DNA from: Promethearchaeota archaeon
GTDB lineage: Archaea; Asgardarchaeota; Lokiarchaeia; Sigyniarchaeales; SOKP01
NCBI GenBank assembly: GCA_048938005.1
Contig: JBHLMQ010000003.1
Location: 109,014-173,013 of the forward strand
Reading direction: 5' to 3'
DNA: 64,000 nt
Shown in pieces: positions 10,526-21,477 of this stretch (its first letter is position 1; each line of letters opens with the position of its first letter). Both the position numbers and the translations under genes were made by a program. The notes below the pieces were generated by a model, which was given only the letters and a program-made list of their open reading frames with translations, was not told where the DNA came from and ran no database searches.

Positions 10526-11257
10526 TTATTTAAAATGTTCCATTATTAGATTTAGAAGTGTATCTGGATAATCTGTATAAATTGCTTGTACAATTTGGCC
10601 CTTATAGCCTAAATTTAATACTTTTTGCATATTGGTTTTGGTGTTAACTCCCCAAATGTAGCATTTAAAATCATTATCAATTACCATTTTAAATAAGTCT
10701 TTAATATATCCTGAACACTTCAAGTTTATTCCACATACATTAATTTTTCTCAATTTATCCACATTTAAAGCGTTATCTCTAAATGTATTGATAATATCTG
10801 TTGAAGTGTAAATAAGTTTAACATCGTTATTTTGTTTCCTTAATAGAGAAAGTGTTATTAATCGTCTATCTGTAATTTCTATTTGATTGAGAAGTGAATA
10901 TTTTTCAGCTAGATTCAAAAGCTCTAACCCTACTTGTTTATTTGAAATATCAAAACTATATCGCAAATCATAAGAACTATTCTTAAAAATTTGAAAGACC
11001 TCTTCAACTAGGGGAATTTTACGCCTATCTTTAAATTGAATTCCCTGAATGTCTTTAAATGTTAAATCACTTATAGCATTGTATCCTGTTCCTATTTTAA
11101 CATAAGGATCATGAAAACATATTAATTTATTATCTTTAGTAATTTGTATATCTGTTTCAATTCCTACTCCCATACTTACTGCTTTTTTAAAAGATGGAAT
11201 TGTATTTTCAATTTCATATCCTGAGGCTCCTCGATGTGCAAAAACATATGGTTTCAT
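10526..11257 (-). CDS. Glycerophosphodiester phosphodiesterase family protein
   Basis: FAHRGAS..ENT, IETDIQITKD, HD, IYTDYP. Confidence 0.88.
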   Translation of the reverse strand: MKPYVFAHRGASGYEIENTIPSFKKAVSMGVGIETDIQITKDNKLICFHDPYVKIGTGYNAISDLTFKDIQGIQFKDRRKIPLVEEVFQIFKNSSYDLRYSFDISNKQVGLELLNLAEKYSLLNQIEITDRRLITLSLLRKQNNDVKLIYTSTDIINTFRDNALNVDKLRKINVCGINLKCSGYIKDLFKMVIDNDFKCYIWGVNTKTNMQKVLNLGYKGQIVQAIYTDYPDTLLNLIMEHFK

Positions 11258-11354
11258 TTTTCAAGAAAAACAGCATTTTTTATGCAAAAATATGAAAAAA
11301 ATACTTTTTATAGAAATTTAAATTACTAATATTACTTAATATTTACTCAAGATT

Positions 11355-12182
11355 TTGGTTGATATGGTACAAGAGAATAGTGATAAGCAAATAGATGATA
11401 ATCCACCATTTTCGGTAAAATTAAAAAATTACTTCAAAAATTTGATTGATTTTTCTCATTATAACACCAAAACTATAATATATATTATTATCTTTGCTGC
11501 TTTAATCATCTTTTCGATAGCTTTATTTATTTACAACTATTTTGTTGATCCTACTTTTCTTTATTCAGTAATTGTTAATTTCTTCGTCAATCCTATACTA
11601 GCAATAGGAGTTTGGGGGATTTTCTTATTTATTGGGATAATGGCAATCCAAGGTTTAATAATCCCTATTCCTTCTGAAATTGTTCTTCTAGCCACAGGAA
11701 TGATTTGGGGCATTTATTATGGAGGAATCATGGGGATCATTGGATCAGTAGCAGCAGGCATGCTTTGCTTTTATATTAGCAAAAAAGGTGGTCGTCCACT
11801 TGCAGAGAAATTTGTTGGAAAGAAAGCTATAAATATGGCTGATGAATTTATTGAAAAGTATGGTATATGGGCAATTCTAATCTCAAGAATGCTTCCGTTC
11901 ATTGCGTTTGATCCTGTTAGTTATGCATCAGGGCTTGTGGAAATGGATACTAAGAAATATTCTATTGGAACTTTGATTGGAGCAATTCCACGTGCTTTTT
12001 TCTTCGCATGGCTCGGATCCCTTTTCGGAATCGACCCCTCCGACCCTAATATTGAAGCACAATCGGTACTTTTTAATATAATCTTCTTAATCATAGTTGG
12101 TGTTCTAGGAACAATATTCATTGTTTATTACCTTTATGGAAGATATTGGAATAAGAAAAAAAAGCTAAAAAAAGGAGATTAA
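11355..12182 (+). CDS. TVP38/DedA (VTT-domain) membrane protein
   Basis: PIPSEIVLLATGMIWG, GGRPL, SRMLPFIAFDPVSYASG. Confidence 0.85.
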   Translation: MVDMVQENSDKQIDDNPPFSVKLKNYFKNLIDFSHYNTKTIIYIIIFAALIIFSIALFIYNYFVDPTFLYSVIVNFFVNPILAIGVWGIFLFIGIMAIQGLIIPIPSEIVLLATGMIWGIYYGGIMGIIGSVAAGMLCFYISKKGGRPLAEKFVGKKAINMADEFIEKYGIWAILISRMLPFIAFDPVSYASGLVEMDTKKYSIGTLIGAIPRAFFFAWLGSLFGIDPSDPNIEAQSVLFNIIFLIIVGVLGTIFIVYYLYGRYWNKKKKLKKGD

Positions 12183-12286
12183 TTCCGGATTTACTTAATA
12201 TCTAGCTTCTTCTTATCTTTTTTTATCAAAATCATAATATTGTGATATTATTGATTTTTTTAATATTTGCAAAAATATAGTTCTGT

Positions 12287-12460
12287 ATGAACGAAAAAGA
12301 AAAAGATTTTGAAGAAATTTCTTCCAAGGAAAACTACGAGCTAAATTTACCAGAGTTTTTTAAAGCACTCAATAAGGCAATAAGTACTAATAACATGCAG
12401 TCTATTTATGGGCTTTCAAAGGTATTTACTAGATATTGTTTTAAAAAATTAGATAACTAA
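12287..12460 (+). CDS. Small hypothetical protein (57 aa, below the ORF-track cutoff)
   Basis: ATG at 12287 to TAA at 12460: MNEKEKDFEEISSKENYELNLPEFFKALNKAISTNNMQSIYGLSKVFTRYCFKKLDN. Confidence 0.45.
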   Translation: MNEKEKDFEEISSKENYELNLPEFFKALNKAISTNNMQSIYGLSKVFTRYCFKKLDN

Positions 12461-12717
12461 GGATTTTTTCGGTTGAGTCAGAGTTAATTACTTATTTTAT
12501 TTTCTAAAGAAATATTGGAAGGAGCTAATAACAATTTATTAAGTTTTTTTATTATCTCCTTTTGAATCTTTTTGTGTACACATCACTATTTTTTTTATGA
12601 ACAAAAATTTTTTGTCCGTAATAATGATATATAAATTTTTTGGTTTGAGTAATTTTATATATCCAAAACCTATGTTTAATTTGAGGTATTTAATATTAAG
12701 TTTAAGGAAGATTTATA

Positions 12718-12975
12718 ATGGCAACAATAAATACTAATCATAACTACGAAAAAATTCTACAAGATAACCTAAAAGATGAACTACAATGGCTCGAAAATGA
12801 ATTTATGTTTCAATTTAAAAATAAAAAGAAAAAAACAAAAGAAGATATTACTCTTGGAAATCAAATTTTAAATAATATAATTGATAGTATTAAAGCAGAT
12901 AACAGTGAAGAAGTCCTTAATCTATTAGCAATAACCTTAAACAGAATTGAACATGATTTTCCAGAATTTTTTTAA
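12718..12975 (+). CDS. Small helical hypothetical protein
   Basis: 85-aa ORF with AAGGAAG upstream; no recognised motif. Confidence 0.65.
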   Translation: MATINTNHNYEKILQDNLKDELQWLENEFMFQFKNKKKKTKEDITLGNQILNNIIDSIKADNSEEVLNLLAITLNRIEHDFPEFF

Positions 12976-13247
12976 TTAAATTCAATTATTCAAAATATAG
13001 GTTCCCTCAATTTTTGTTAATATTGAACTATACAACTTTTTCTTGGAGAGCTCAATTCTTAATACTGTGTTATAATAAAATTTAAGCTTTCAATAATAGA
13101 TTTAACTAATTTCTTAAAAACATAAATTATTATAAGAACAAAAACCATTAATAAGAAAGGGAAATATAATTTAAAACATAAATAAATATTAAATTAAGAA
13201 AAGAAATTCATCAGAACTTCATCAGAAAAATCAAATAAACTTTAATT

Positions 13248-14333
13248 ATGGAAAGAATAATTTTAACTCACTGGAATACTCAGATTGGACCTGAACCAAT
13301 TATCCAATATCCACCAGAAAAACTCTTTCCAACAAAAGATCTTTTTCTAAAAATTTGGGCGAAACATGAACTAAATAAAGAAAATTCAATGATAGAATTT
13401 ATACCAGAGGATGGTGAGTATAGTTATGTTTCAATAATACAAAAATTTGAAGGAGAAATCTACTTTTTAATTTTAGTCTATAGTCAAAAAGACAAGAGTG
13501 AAGACATAATTAAGGATTCCCCAGATATTTTAGCCCTGATAAGTAAGAATTTAATAGAATTAATTAACACAAATAAGATTACTCGTGCGATCTCTGAAGC
13601 ATTTAATACAATAAGAGATTATTCTAAATTAGATGAGGAAGAAAATCTTATTAACTTTTTTCAAGATAGAATCAAATATACAATTCTACAAATTCTAAGA
13701 TCTGGAGTAATTTCCAAATCTAAACTCACTGATATGCTAAGGCATGATTATGGTTTCTCTACAGTAAATATTGATTTGTTATTAATTTCCTTTATTCATG
13801 AAAATTTAATAATCAAAAAAAATGTACCAGGAAGTAAAGAATGCTACTTTCTAATAAAAGATCTTTCTTGTACTAGAATTCCTCCTAAAAATTTACCTTC
13901 AGAACAAATGGAAGAAAGTATTTTAAGAAAATATAGAGAATCTTTAAAAAATTATTATTTGGATTACTATAATCTATCAGATTTTGAGAATAAAACAATA
14001 ATTCAAACAGTCCTTTTTAATAAGGATGTGTTTCATCTATTAAAAACACTTAGAAAAAAAAACTTAACTGTAAATGATTGTCTGAATCTCCTAAATAATA
14101 AAGAAGAACTCTTTAATGAACTTATAGACAAGAAATTTATTTATGAAGCAAAAGGTTTCGTATTTCTTTTCTCCGATATTCGATTTATCAAATTTAGTCC
14201 AAATTACATCATCGAAAAGTTAGTGGAAAGATATGATAATCAAGAGATTTCATTAAATGAATATATAGCCCATTTAAAACTATTAGCAATGCAGATTGAA
14301 GAGCCTCTATCCATTGATTATGAAATTGTGTGA
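13248..14333 (+). CDS. Longin/uDENN-like domain protein
   Basis: N-terminus IILTHWNTQIGPEPIIQYP fits the longin/uDENN first strand plus GP-x4-P pattern; possible winged-helix segments follow. Confidence 0.55.
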   Translation: MERIILTHWNTQIGPEPIIQYPPEKLFPTKDLFLKIWAKHELNKENSMIEFIPEDGEYSYVSIIQKFEGEIYFLILVYSQKDKSEDIIKDSPDILALISKNLIELINTNKITRAISEAFNTIRDYSKLDEEENLINFFQDRIKYTILQILRSGVISKSKLTDMLRHDYGFSTVNIDLLLISFIHENLIIKKNVPGSKECYFLIKDLSCTRIPPKNLPSEQMEESILRKYRESLKNYYLDYYNLSDFENKTIIQTVLFNKDVFHLLKTLRKKNLTVNDCLNLLNNKEELFNELIDKKFIYEAKGFVFLFSDIRFIKFSPNYIIEKLVERYDNQEISLNEYIAHLKLLAMQIEEPLSIDYEIV

Positions 14334-14454
14334 TTAATTCTGATTTTTCAATTTTTTTCTTTAAGTTAATCTTAAGAAAATAAAAATATATATATTAAAT
14401 AATCGAATTTTATACTATTTACTTAAAATATATATTAAAGAAAAGTGATAATTT

Positions 14455-15213
14455 TTGGCACTTGAACCAGTGGATTATCTTCAGGGAAGCTTTAGTCTTA
14501 TATTTGTTATAATTTCTCTCATTATCGGAATTACAATCTTATCAAAATATTTTGAATTTAAAAACCGATTATATATTTTAGTGGGAATTTCATGGATTGG
14601 TGTAGCAATCCCTTGGATGCCAGATTCAATCTCATTTCTTATGAATCTCATTATACAAAAATCGTTGGATCCTGGGTGGTATTTCATTATAGGAAATTGT
14701 TTTCTTCCAATAGCTTTAATAACTTGGTCAATTGCTTTTACAGATATGATCTATAGGCAAGCACAAAAAAAAATTGTTTTAATTGTGATTATTCTTTCAA
14801 TTCTTTTTGAAATTATCTTCTTTACACTGTTTTTTATAGATATAGATTTGATTGGTACAATTGATCCTGTAATCAGACCTTTCACTGCGGATTTTGGATT
14901 ATTTATAATAATCTATTTAATGCTAGCTATCTTATATATGTTAGTTACTGGAGTTATTTTTGCCCAAAAATCAGTTAAATTAGAGGATCGTGAAGTTCGA
15001 TTGAAAGGGAAATTACTTAGAGCTGCATTTATTACCTTTACTGTTGCTGCTGTTTTAGATGCTAGCCTTGGAATGATATTTGAAGATCCAGCTGATCCAC
15101 TTTTAGCGGTTATGGTTGTAATTGTTAGAGTCTTGTTAATATTCAGCGCATTGGAGTTTTATGGTGGATTCTTGCTTCCTAAATGGATGAAAGAAATTTT
15201 TATGAAAAAATAA
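14455..15213 (+). CDS. Polytopic (~7 TM) membrane protein
   Basis: About seven hydrophobic segments; C-terminal GFLLPKWMK. Confidence 0.7.
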   Translation: MALEPVDYLQGSFSLIFVIISLIIGITILSKYFEFKNRLYILVGISWIGVAIPWMPDSISFLMNLIIQKSLDPGWYFIIGNCFLPIALITWSIAFTDMIYRQAQKKIVLIVIILSILFEIIFFTLFFIDIDLIGTIDPVIRPFTADFGLFIIIYLMLAILYMLVTGVIFAQKSVKLEDREVRLKGKLLRAAFITFTVAAVLDASLGMIFEDPADPLLAVMVVIVRVLLIFSALEFYGGFLLPKWMKEIFMKK

Positions 15214-15258
15214 AAATTTAATTTTCAATCTTAATTTTTTTTTAAAATAAAAAGTGAG

Positions 15259-15951
15259 TTAAATAGGTAATATCGAAGTGTCTGAAATTTCTTTATCAAC
15301 TGGAGCTTCTCCATCTCCATATATATGATACAACACAGTTCTTCTAGCAATCTCATAAAAACTACGATATATATCTTTTTCTTGATCGTATAATGCACAA
15401 GTTTTGTAAATTAATGGATTCCAAATAAATAAATTATGTTTAGGCTCATACCAAAGTTTTTCCTTTTTCAATATTTGAATAAAATTGTCATCATTAATTA
15501 CATTTTTGAGATCTTGCTTATTCAACATAATAATAAATGGAATCTCTTTAATGAGTCTATTATTTGTTATGTTTTTTAATTCTAATAGAAATTCAATATT
15601 ATCTTCAAAAAATTTTGTTTGAGAATCTACTACAAAAATTACGGCATCAGTTTGGGCATCAAGACTATTGAAGACTTTAATTCTTAATGGAGTGAATGTT
15701 TTTTGACCTGCAACTGTATATACTCTATAATATATTTTTTTCTTCTTTGTCGATTGGAAAATACCTCTATCAAAATAAAGTGTAGCACCACTTGCTCTAT
15801 CTATTTTTTGTAACTCCCCAACAGGAACAATTTCTCTTTTACTGTCTTTTGTTAGTTTATAAAGAGTTTCCAATATGGTAGTCTTTCCGGATCCTGCCAT
15901 GCCATAGTACACAATCTTCAGGTAGATATTACCGTTTTTGTATTGAACCAT
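15259..15951 (-). CDS. MglA-like small GTPase
   Basis: KIVYYGMAGSGKTT, ATLYFD, YTVAGQ in place of DxxG, VIFVVDS, NKQD. Confidence 0.85.
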   Translation of the reverse strand: MVQYKNGNIYLKIVYYGMAGSGKTTILETLYKLTKDSKREIVPVGELQKIDRASGATLYFDRGIFQSTKKKKIYYRVYTVAGQKTFTPLRIKVFNSLDAQTDAVIFVVDSQTKFFEDNIEFLLELKNITNNRLIKEIPFIIMLNKQDLKNVINDDNFIQILKKEKLWYEPKHNLFIWNPLIYKTCALYDQEKDIYRSFYEIARRTVLYHIYGDGEAPVDKEISDTSILPI

Positions 15952-16249
15952 CAGAAACCACCATGTTATATAAGGAAATGTATTGATTTTATAGAATAAT
16001 TAACATTTATTAGATTTTTTGTTTCTCTTATCATATTTCTTTAAGGAATTCTTTAAAAAATATTTTTTCAATTCGCGTTTAATTTCAAAACTCTAATAAT
16101 TATAATTGGATTAAATATAAAAAATTACAAAATTAAAGATTTTGCTTTGTAAAATTATTTTTATAAATACAATAATTTTTTTACTATGAATTATGATTCT
16201 CTCATAGAAACAGAAAATATCAAATAATAAGCGATAAACAAACGAAATC

Positions 16250-16768
16250 ATGGATGAATATACAGACTCAAACTGGAATTGGGATTTTTATAAAGAACTT
16301 GTAGATGACGTAGATGAAAATAAAAACATAATTCAATGTATATCTTGCGGGAAATGTGTTGGAGATTGTCCTGCCAAAAAAATCTCCAATTTTAATATAA
16401 GAAAAATAATTAGAAAAGTTCTTCGAGGAGATAAGAGCGTTTTAAAAGATTCTGATATCTGGTATTGTTATCTGTGTGAACGCTGTAAACGTGTGTGTCC
16501 AAAAGATAATATCAATATCCCCTTATTAATTATAAATTTAAGAAATGAAAGTTTTAAAAAAGGTTTTGGACCTCGTTATAATGATTTAAGAAAATATGTT
16601 GAAATGTCCGAAAGATTTTTAACTAACGGTACTGTATTGGAAGATCCTTTAGATGGAGGTTTACCACGAGAACGTATGAAAGAATTAAATGAAATTTGCA
16701 ATTTTGCAAGAATAAAATATGTATTTAAAGCAAGTAAACATAAAAAAAAAAATAAAAAGAATAAATAG
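16250..16768 (+). CDS. hdrC: Heterodisulfide reductase subunit C-like 2x[4Fe-4S] protein
   Basis: CISCGKCVGDCP and WYCYLCERCKRVCP; directly upstream of an hdrB-like gene. Confidence 0.75.
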   Translation: MDEYTDSNWNWDFYKELVDDVDENKNIIQCISCGKCVGDCPAKKISNFNIRKIIRKVLRGDKSVLKDSDIWYCYLCERCKRVCPKDNINIPLLIINLRNESFKKGFGPRYNDLRKYVEMSERFLTNGTVLEDPLDGGLPRERMKELNEICNFARIKYVFKASKHKKKNKKNK

Positions 16769-16805
16769 CAATAAATACCAACCAATTTACGTAAATTAAA
16801 TAATA

Positions 16806-17819
16806 ATGGATGGTCAAAATTTAGTTTTAGATTTAGAAAAAATTGAGAAAGAATACCCTGAAAATCCTTTAGAATTTTTTAGGGGTAAAAGATTGTGTTT
16901 ATTTAAAGCTTGTTTAGAGAAATATTTTCCCGGAGTCAGATGGGGCATTCAAGAATTATTAGAAGATTTAGATTTAGAAGTTACTACTTGTAAGAATCAA
17001 TCCTGTTGTAGTGGAACGTTTTTTCAACGAAATTTAATTACAAGAGCGCAATTTGTAGCTATTAATGAAAGAAATCTTAACGAAATGAATCGACAGGCAG
17101 ATATTGTTTTGTTTAGTTGCAATGGATGTTATAATTCCATTTTGAGAGGTCGAGATTTTTTAAAAATCCCAGAAATAATTAAAAAAACACAAGCTATTTT
17201 AAATAGTTTAAAAAATAAAGAGTTTGGGGAAAATTATCCTGGAAAATATGACATTTTAGATAATCCAAAAATTAAAGTCATACACGACTTAGACTTTTTA
17301 TATTTAATAAGGAATGATGTTCTTAATTCTTTAAAATTTGATTTAAAGGGCCTTAAAGTAGCTGCCCACTATGGCTGTCATTATTTAAATTTGGAGAGAG
17401 ATAAAAAAACAGCTGAAAGTTACTTAAGGGATAAAACCAAGTTAGATGATTTTATATCGCTATTTGGTGGCATTCCTGTAGAATATCAAGAAAAAGAAGA
17501 ATGTTGTGGATGGGGTGCATCTCAAGTTGTACTACATCCAAATGAAGCTTTAAAAGGTACATATAAAAAACTTAAAAGTGCTGAAAATGCTGGAGCAGAT
17601 TTTTTATTAATGCCTTGTCCAACTTGCTTATATACACTTAGTAAACCGGAATTTAGGAATGAGATAAATGTTTTATTTGGCGAAAAGATGGATATTCCAA
17701 CTATTCACCTGAATGAGTTAATAGCTATATTACGAGGCTGCGAAGAAGAACGATGTATTACTCTTAGACGAAAAACTCCTCGCATTGATGAGATTTTTGA
17801 AATCATAACTAAGGAATAG
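16806..17819 (+). CDS. hdrB: Heterodisulfide reductase subunit B-like CCG-domain protein
   Basis: QSCCSG, SCNGCY, AHYGCH, ECCG, PCPTC. Confidence 0.78.
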   Translation: MDGQNLVLDLEKIEKEYPENPLEFFRGKRLCLFKACLEKYFPGVRWGIQELLEDLDLEVTTCKNQSCCSGTFFQRNLITRAQFVAINERNLNEMNRQADIVLFSCNGCYNSILRGRDFLKIPEIIKKTQAILNSLKNKEFGENYPGKYDILDNPKIKVIHDLDFLYLIRNDVLNSLKFDLKGLKVAAHYGCHYLNLERDKKTAESYLRDKTKLDDFISLFGGIPVEYQEKEECCGWGASQVVLHPNEALKGTYKKLKSAENAGADFLLMPCPTCLYTLSKPEFRNEINVLFGEKMDIPTIHLNELIAILRGCEEERCITLRRKTPRIDEIFEIITKE

Positions 17820-17858
17820 AAAAAATATGAAATTTCATATTTTAAAACTATAGTTATA

Positions 17859-18254
17859 TTACATTTCTTCAATCGCAAATCTCGGGCAACTATTTACGCA
17901 TAAAAAACAACCAATACATTTCTCGTATGAAAATTCTAACCTTTCTTCTTCATTGAAATGCAGAGCATCAGTTGGACATAAAGAAAGGCATGCTCCACAA
18001 TCAATACATTTTTCAATTTCAACCATTACTCGGCCTTTCTTATTTACAATTATATTACTTTCAGTAAGTGATTCCGTAATAGTTTTTACCTTTTCTTCTG
18101 GTATATCTAATAATAAGTTTATTCCTGCTAAACCGGTTGAAAATTTTAAAATGTTAAAAGTAATATTATATTTTAGAATCTGATTGACAATTTTCGAATA
18201 ATCACCAATATCTTTTACTAAACCAAAAGGGATTGAAACGTTTATTATAGTCAT
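17859..18254 (-). CDS. NIL-domain ferredoxin (MA1822-like partner of homocysteine synthesis enzyme)
   Basis: N-terminal NIL-like domain; CIDCGACLSLCP and CIGCFLCVNSCP; follows the DUF39-CBS gene. Confidence 0.75.
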   Translation of the reverse strand: MTIINVSIPFGLVKDIGDYSKIVNQILKYNITFNILKFSTGLAGINLLLDIPEEKVKTITESLTESNIIVNKKGRVMVEIEKCIDCGACLSLCPTDALHFNEEERLEFSYEKCIGCFLCVNSCPRFAIEEM

Positions 18255-18257
18255 TTC

Positions 18258-19739
18258 TTAGATCATCTCCTCACTAGAAATTAAACCCACAACCTTATTA
18301 TTCTCATCAATAACTGGTAGGGCAGAAATATCATATTCTTTCATTTTTCTGGCAGCATTACTGATTGGTTCATCATCATATGTAGTAATTACGCGTTTAG
18401 TAATAATAGATTTTAATTCATGTTTATCTTCAGCAATAGCTTTTGTAATATCGAAACTTGTAACAATCCCTTTTAAATTATTTTCTTTATCAATAATAAC
18501 TACATGGTTAATGTTTTCATTTATGATCTTTCGAGCAACAGTCTTAATGTCGCAATCTTCATAACATATCTCTGCTTTCTTTTTCAAATCTTTTACGAAT
18601 TTTAACTCTGTCGTTTGTTTCATTGGTTTAAAGATTGTATCCGCAGGCAACGTCTCTGCGGGGTGGTTTAGGTAAAATTTTCCTTCTTGTATCCACTTTT
18701 TAAGAGTTTCAGCGATTTTACGAGCATAGAATAGGGAAGATAGCGAAGAACATTTTAATTTTTTGCCATTTAGTTCGATAAATCCACTTTTTAACTCCTT
18801 ATAATTTACTTGTTTAAGAATTGGTCTGTTTCTTCTTGGCACTCCATAATCCACAACGTCAGTTAAAATATCTTCATCTCTAATAGCAGTTTTTTTAGCT
18901 AAATCTTCATTTAAAATTGGAATTGGGATTCCAACACCTACAAACATTGATGTTCCATACTTTTCATAGGTTACACCACGTAAAAATTCCGGATTCATTT
19001 GCTTTAAATCTCCTTTAAGAAACAATGACCCAAATCTATTTTGGGGGCTATGTTGAGTGCCTTCTCCCATAACATATCCAATACCTCCACCCAAAAATAT
19101 TCTAGTACCTATTCCGATAGTTTCATAGTTAGGATCATTATTCAATGGACTCAAACAACCTGCTCCCGCATAATGGGCATTCCCAAAATGAGGTAATAAA
19201 GTTCCCATATATGTATAGAGAATCCTATCTGAACTATTTACTGCACATACATATCTCTGATATGCATTTCTTGGATTACAGAGGATCGCTTGGTTAATAT
19301 CATCAATAGTAAATTCAGTATCTATCTCCGCGAGAGGATAACAATCTGTAGTGTAAGAGTTACCTCTCAATCTTATTGGCTTCCCAGAAACAAGATCTTC
19401 AATAACATGCCCACCACCATATTCAAATGGACGAACATCAGCCATTCTTGTGCATCCTATATAACAATCTACTGCTGCATTACCATGATAGGCATGAACA
19501 TCATTTAACCATAGATGTTCAAATTTTATAGGCGGATCAGAATGACCAAAATTCAAGAAAGCACCACTTGAACACATAGACCCAAAAGTACCAGTAGTTA
19601 CTACATCAATCTCATCAGCTGCCACCTTGATTCCCTTCTCCTCTACGACATTTATCATTTCTTCCGCTGTAACTACCACAACATTACCATTCTTAATCTT
19701 TTCATTAATTTCATTGTATGTTTTTGGCAAAAAATTCAC
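18258..19739 (-). CDS. L-aspartate semialdehyde sulfurtransferase (DUF39 + CBS, MA1821-like)
   Basis: VDVVTTGTFG-like IDVVTTGTFGSMCSSGA, YGGGHVIEDL, TDCYP, NPRNAYQ, C-terminal CBS pair. Confidence 0.88.
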   Translation of the reverse strand: MNFLPKTYNEINEKIKNGNVVVVTAEEMINVVEEKGIKVAADEIDVVTTGTFGSMCSSGAFLNFGHSDPPIKFEHLWLNDVHAYHGNAAVDCYIGCTRMADVRPFEYGGGHVIEDLVSGKPIRLRGNSYTTDCYPLAEIDTEFTIDDINQAILCNPRNAYQRYVCAVNSSDRILYTYMGTLLPHFGNAHYAGAGCLSPLNNDPNYETIGIGTRIFLGGGIGYVMGEGTQHSPQNRFGSLFLKGDLKQMNPEFLRGVTYEKYGTSMFVGVGIPIPILNEDLAKKTAIRDEDILTDVVDYGVPRRNRPILKQVNYKELKSGFIELNGKKLKCSSLSSLFYARKIAETLKKWIQEGKFYLNHPAETLPADTIFKPMKQTTELKFVKDLKKKAEICYEDCDIKTVARKIINENINHVVIIDKENNLKGIVTSFDITKAIAEDKHELKSIITKRVITTYDDEPISNAARKMKEYDISALPVIDENNKVVGLISSEEMI

Positions 19740-19951
19740 TATTTTTTTACTTTTATAATATTATTGATTGTAATTAATACATTAAAAATATGCAAATTTA
19801 AAAATATAGGCTCCTTAAATATTCATTAAATGCATAAAAAATGCATTAACATAATATTTTAATTATAATATAAAGGCAAAATGAGATTTAGGAATCATTT
19901 TTATCTTTGAAATATTTTTTACAATTATTTCCTAAATTAGATGAAATATGC

Positions 19952-20863
19952 ATGGGTCGAAAAAATCTCAACTCCATCTCTTCTAAACGGGATATAATTG
20001 CCATATTCTTATTGATTCTTACTACCGTTCTTTGGGGTACATCATTTATTATTACTAAAAATATAACTCAAGAGGTCCCGATTTTTCTTTATCTCGGTCT
20101 TAGATTCTTAATTGCTTTTCTTGGATTTATTCCTTTTTTTCCACGTTTAAAAAATCTGAATAAAAAGATCTTTATTATGGGCTTAATAACGGGAATGTTT
20201 TATTTCATTGGGATTGTTTTTCAAACTTATGGTCTTCAATTTCAATCTACGACTGCAGGAAAAGCGGGGTTTATCACAGGATTAAGTACTGTTATTGTTC
20301 CCTTCTTAACATGGATTGGATTTAAAAAACGACCTCAAATTAGAGTTTGGTTAGCGGTAATATTATCAGTTGTCGGTATGGCGTTTTTATTATTGGAAGG
20401 TGAATCAGGATTCATCATTGGAGATATTTTTGTATTAATTTGTGCATTTTTCTTTGCACTTTATATCGTTTTAAATGATAAATATGTTCGGCTCACTGAT
20501 ATCTATCTTTATTCTATTATTCAAGTTTTAATGATTTCAGCATCAAGTTTTATTTGTTCTTTACTTTTTAGAGAGAAATATGATTTATTGGCCTATCCTT
20601 TACCTTTTTGGATCGTAATGATTTATATGGGTATTGCCGTAATGACACTAACTATTATCTTTCAAAATTGGGCTCAACAATACCAAGGACCAACCCAAAC
20701 AGCAATAATTTTTACCCTTGAACCTGTATTTGCAGCTCTATTCGGATTCTTTATTGGGAATGAAATGTTTTCATTATTTGGGTGGGTTGGTTGTGTGCTT
20801 ATTTTTGCTGCAATTCTGATCACAGTTTTAAAACGCACAAATAATGTTGAAAAAAACAAGTAA
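19952..20863 (+). CDS. DMT/EamA family transporter
   Basis: LWGTSF, RFLIA, TTAGKAGFITGL, IFTLEPVFAA. Start placed at ATG 19952 rather than the upstream TTG. Confidence 0.88.
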   Translation: MGRKNLNSISSKRDIIAIFLLILTTVLWGTSFIITKNITQEVPIFLYLGLRFLIAFLGFIPFFPRLKNLNKKIFIMGLITGMFYFIGIVFQTYGLQFQSTTAGKAGFITGLSTVIVPFLTWIGFKKRPQIRVWLAVILSVVGMAFLLLEGESGFIIGDIFVLICAFFFALYIVLNDKYVRLTDIYLYSIIQVLMISASSFICSLLFREKYDLLAYPLPFWIVMIYMGIAVMTLTIIFQNWAQQYQGPTQTAIIFTLEPVFAALFGFFIGNEMFSLFGWVGCVLIFAAILITVLKRTNNVEKNK

Positions 20864-21104
20864 AAATTATTTCGAATATATCAAAGAGTTTAAATTTTTA
20901 TAAGCGTCTTACTTTAACACATCAAAAAAAGGTCGAAAAACTTAATACGTACGGAAATCCAAAAATTTTTACTTAACGATCTATTTAAATAAATATATCT
21001 TTATATTATAAATAAGGGTTGTTTCTTGGCAAATTACTCTTTTATTAGGTAAAAAAATATAATGAACTTTAAGTTATTATAATCAAACACTTGTGATATG
21101 ATAC

Positions 21105-21263
21105 ATGACCGTCCGTAAATTAAAACCAAAAGATCTAATCCTATGTGAAAAGTGCGGGAATGTAATGATCACGAGAAAAATTCGTACTAATAATTCTAAC
21201 AAAATTGAATTCCAAAAAGTTTTACAGTGCATTGTTTGCAGATATTGGGTGGCTGTAGAGTAA
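21105..21263 (+). CDS. Small zinc-ribbon protein (52 aa, not in the ORF track)
   Basis: MTVRKLKPKDLILCEKCGNVMITRKIRTNNSNKIEFQKVLQCIVCRYWVAVE, with two CxxC pairs. Confidence 0.75.
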   Translation: MTVRKLKPKDLILCEKCGNVMITRKIRTNNSNKIEFQKVLQCIVCRYWVAVE

Positions 21264-21477
21264 TTATGTTTTATAATCTTCAAGCTTGAGCGATATAAAC
21301 TCATTTATTATGAATGTCTTTACAGGCATTTTTCCCTAATATTGTTAAGATTTCTCATAAATATAAATCTTTAGCTCCCTTCATATTCAGATTATATGTT
21401 TTCATTTTTCCGTTATATTAGAACATAAATAAAATATAATAATATGATTTTTATATCAAAAAAATCTAATATTGTAT

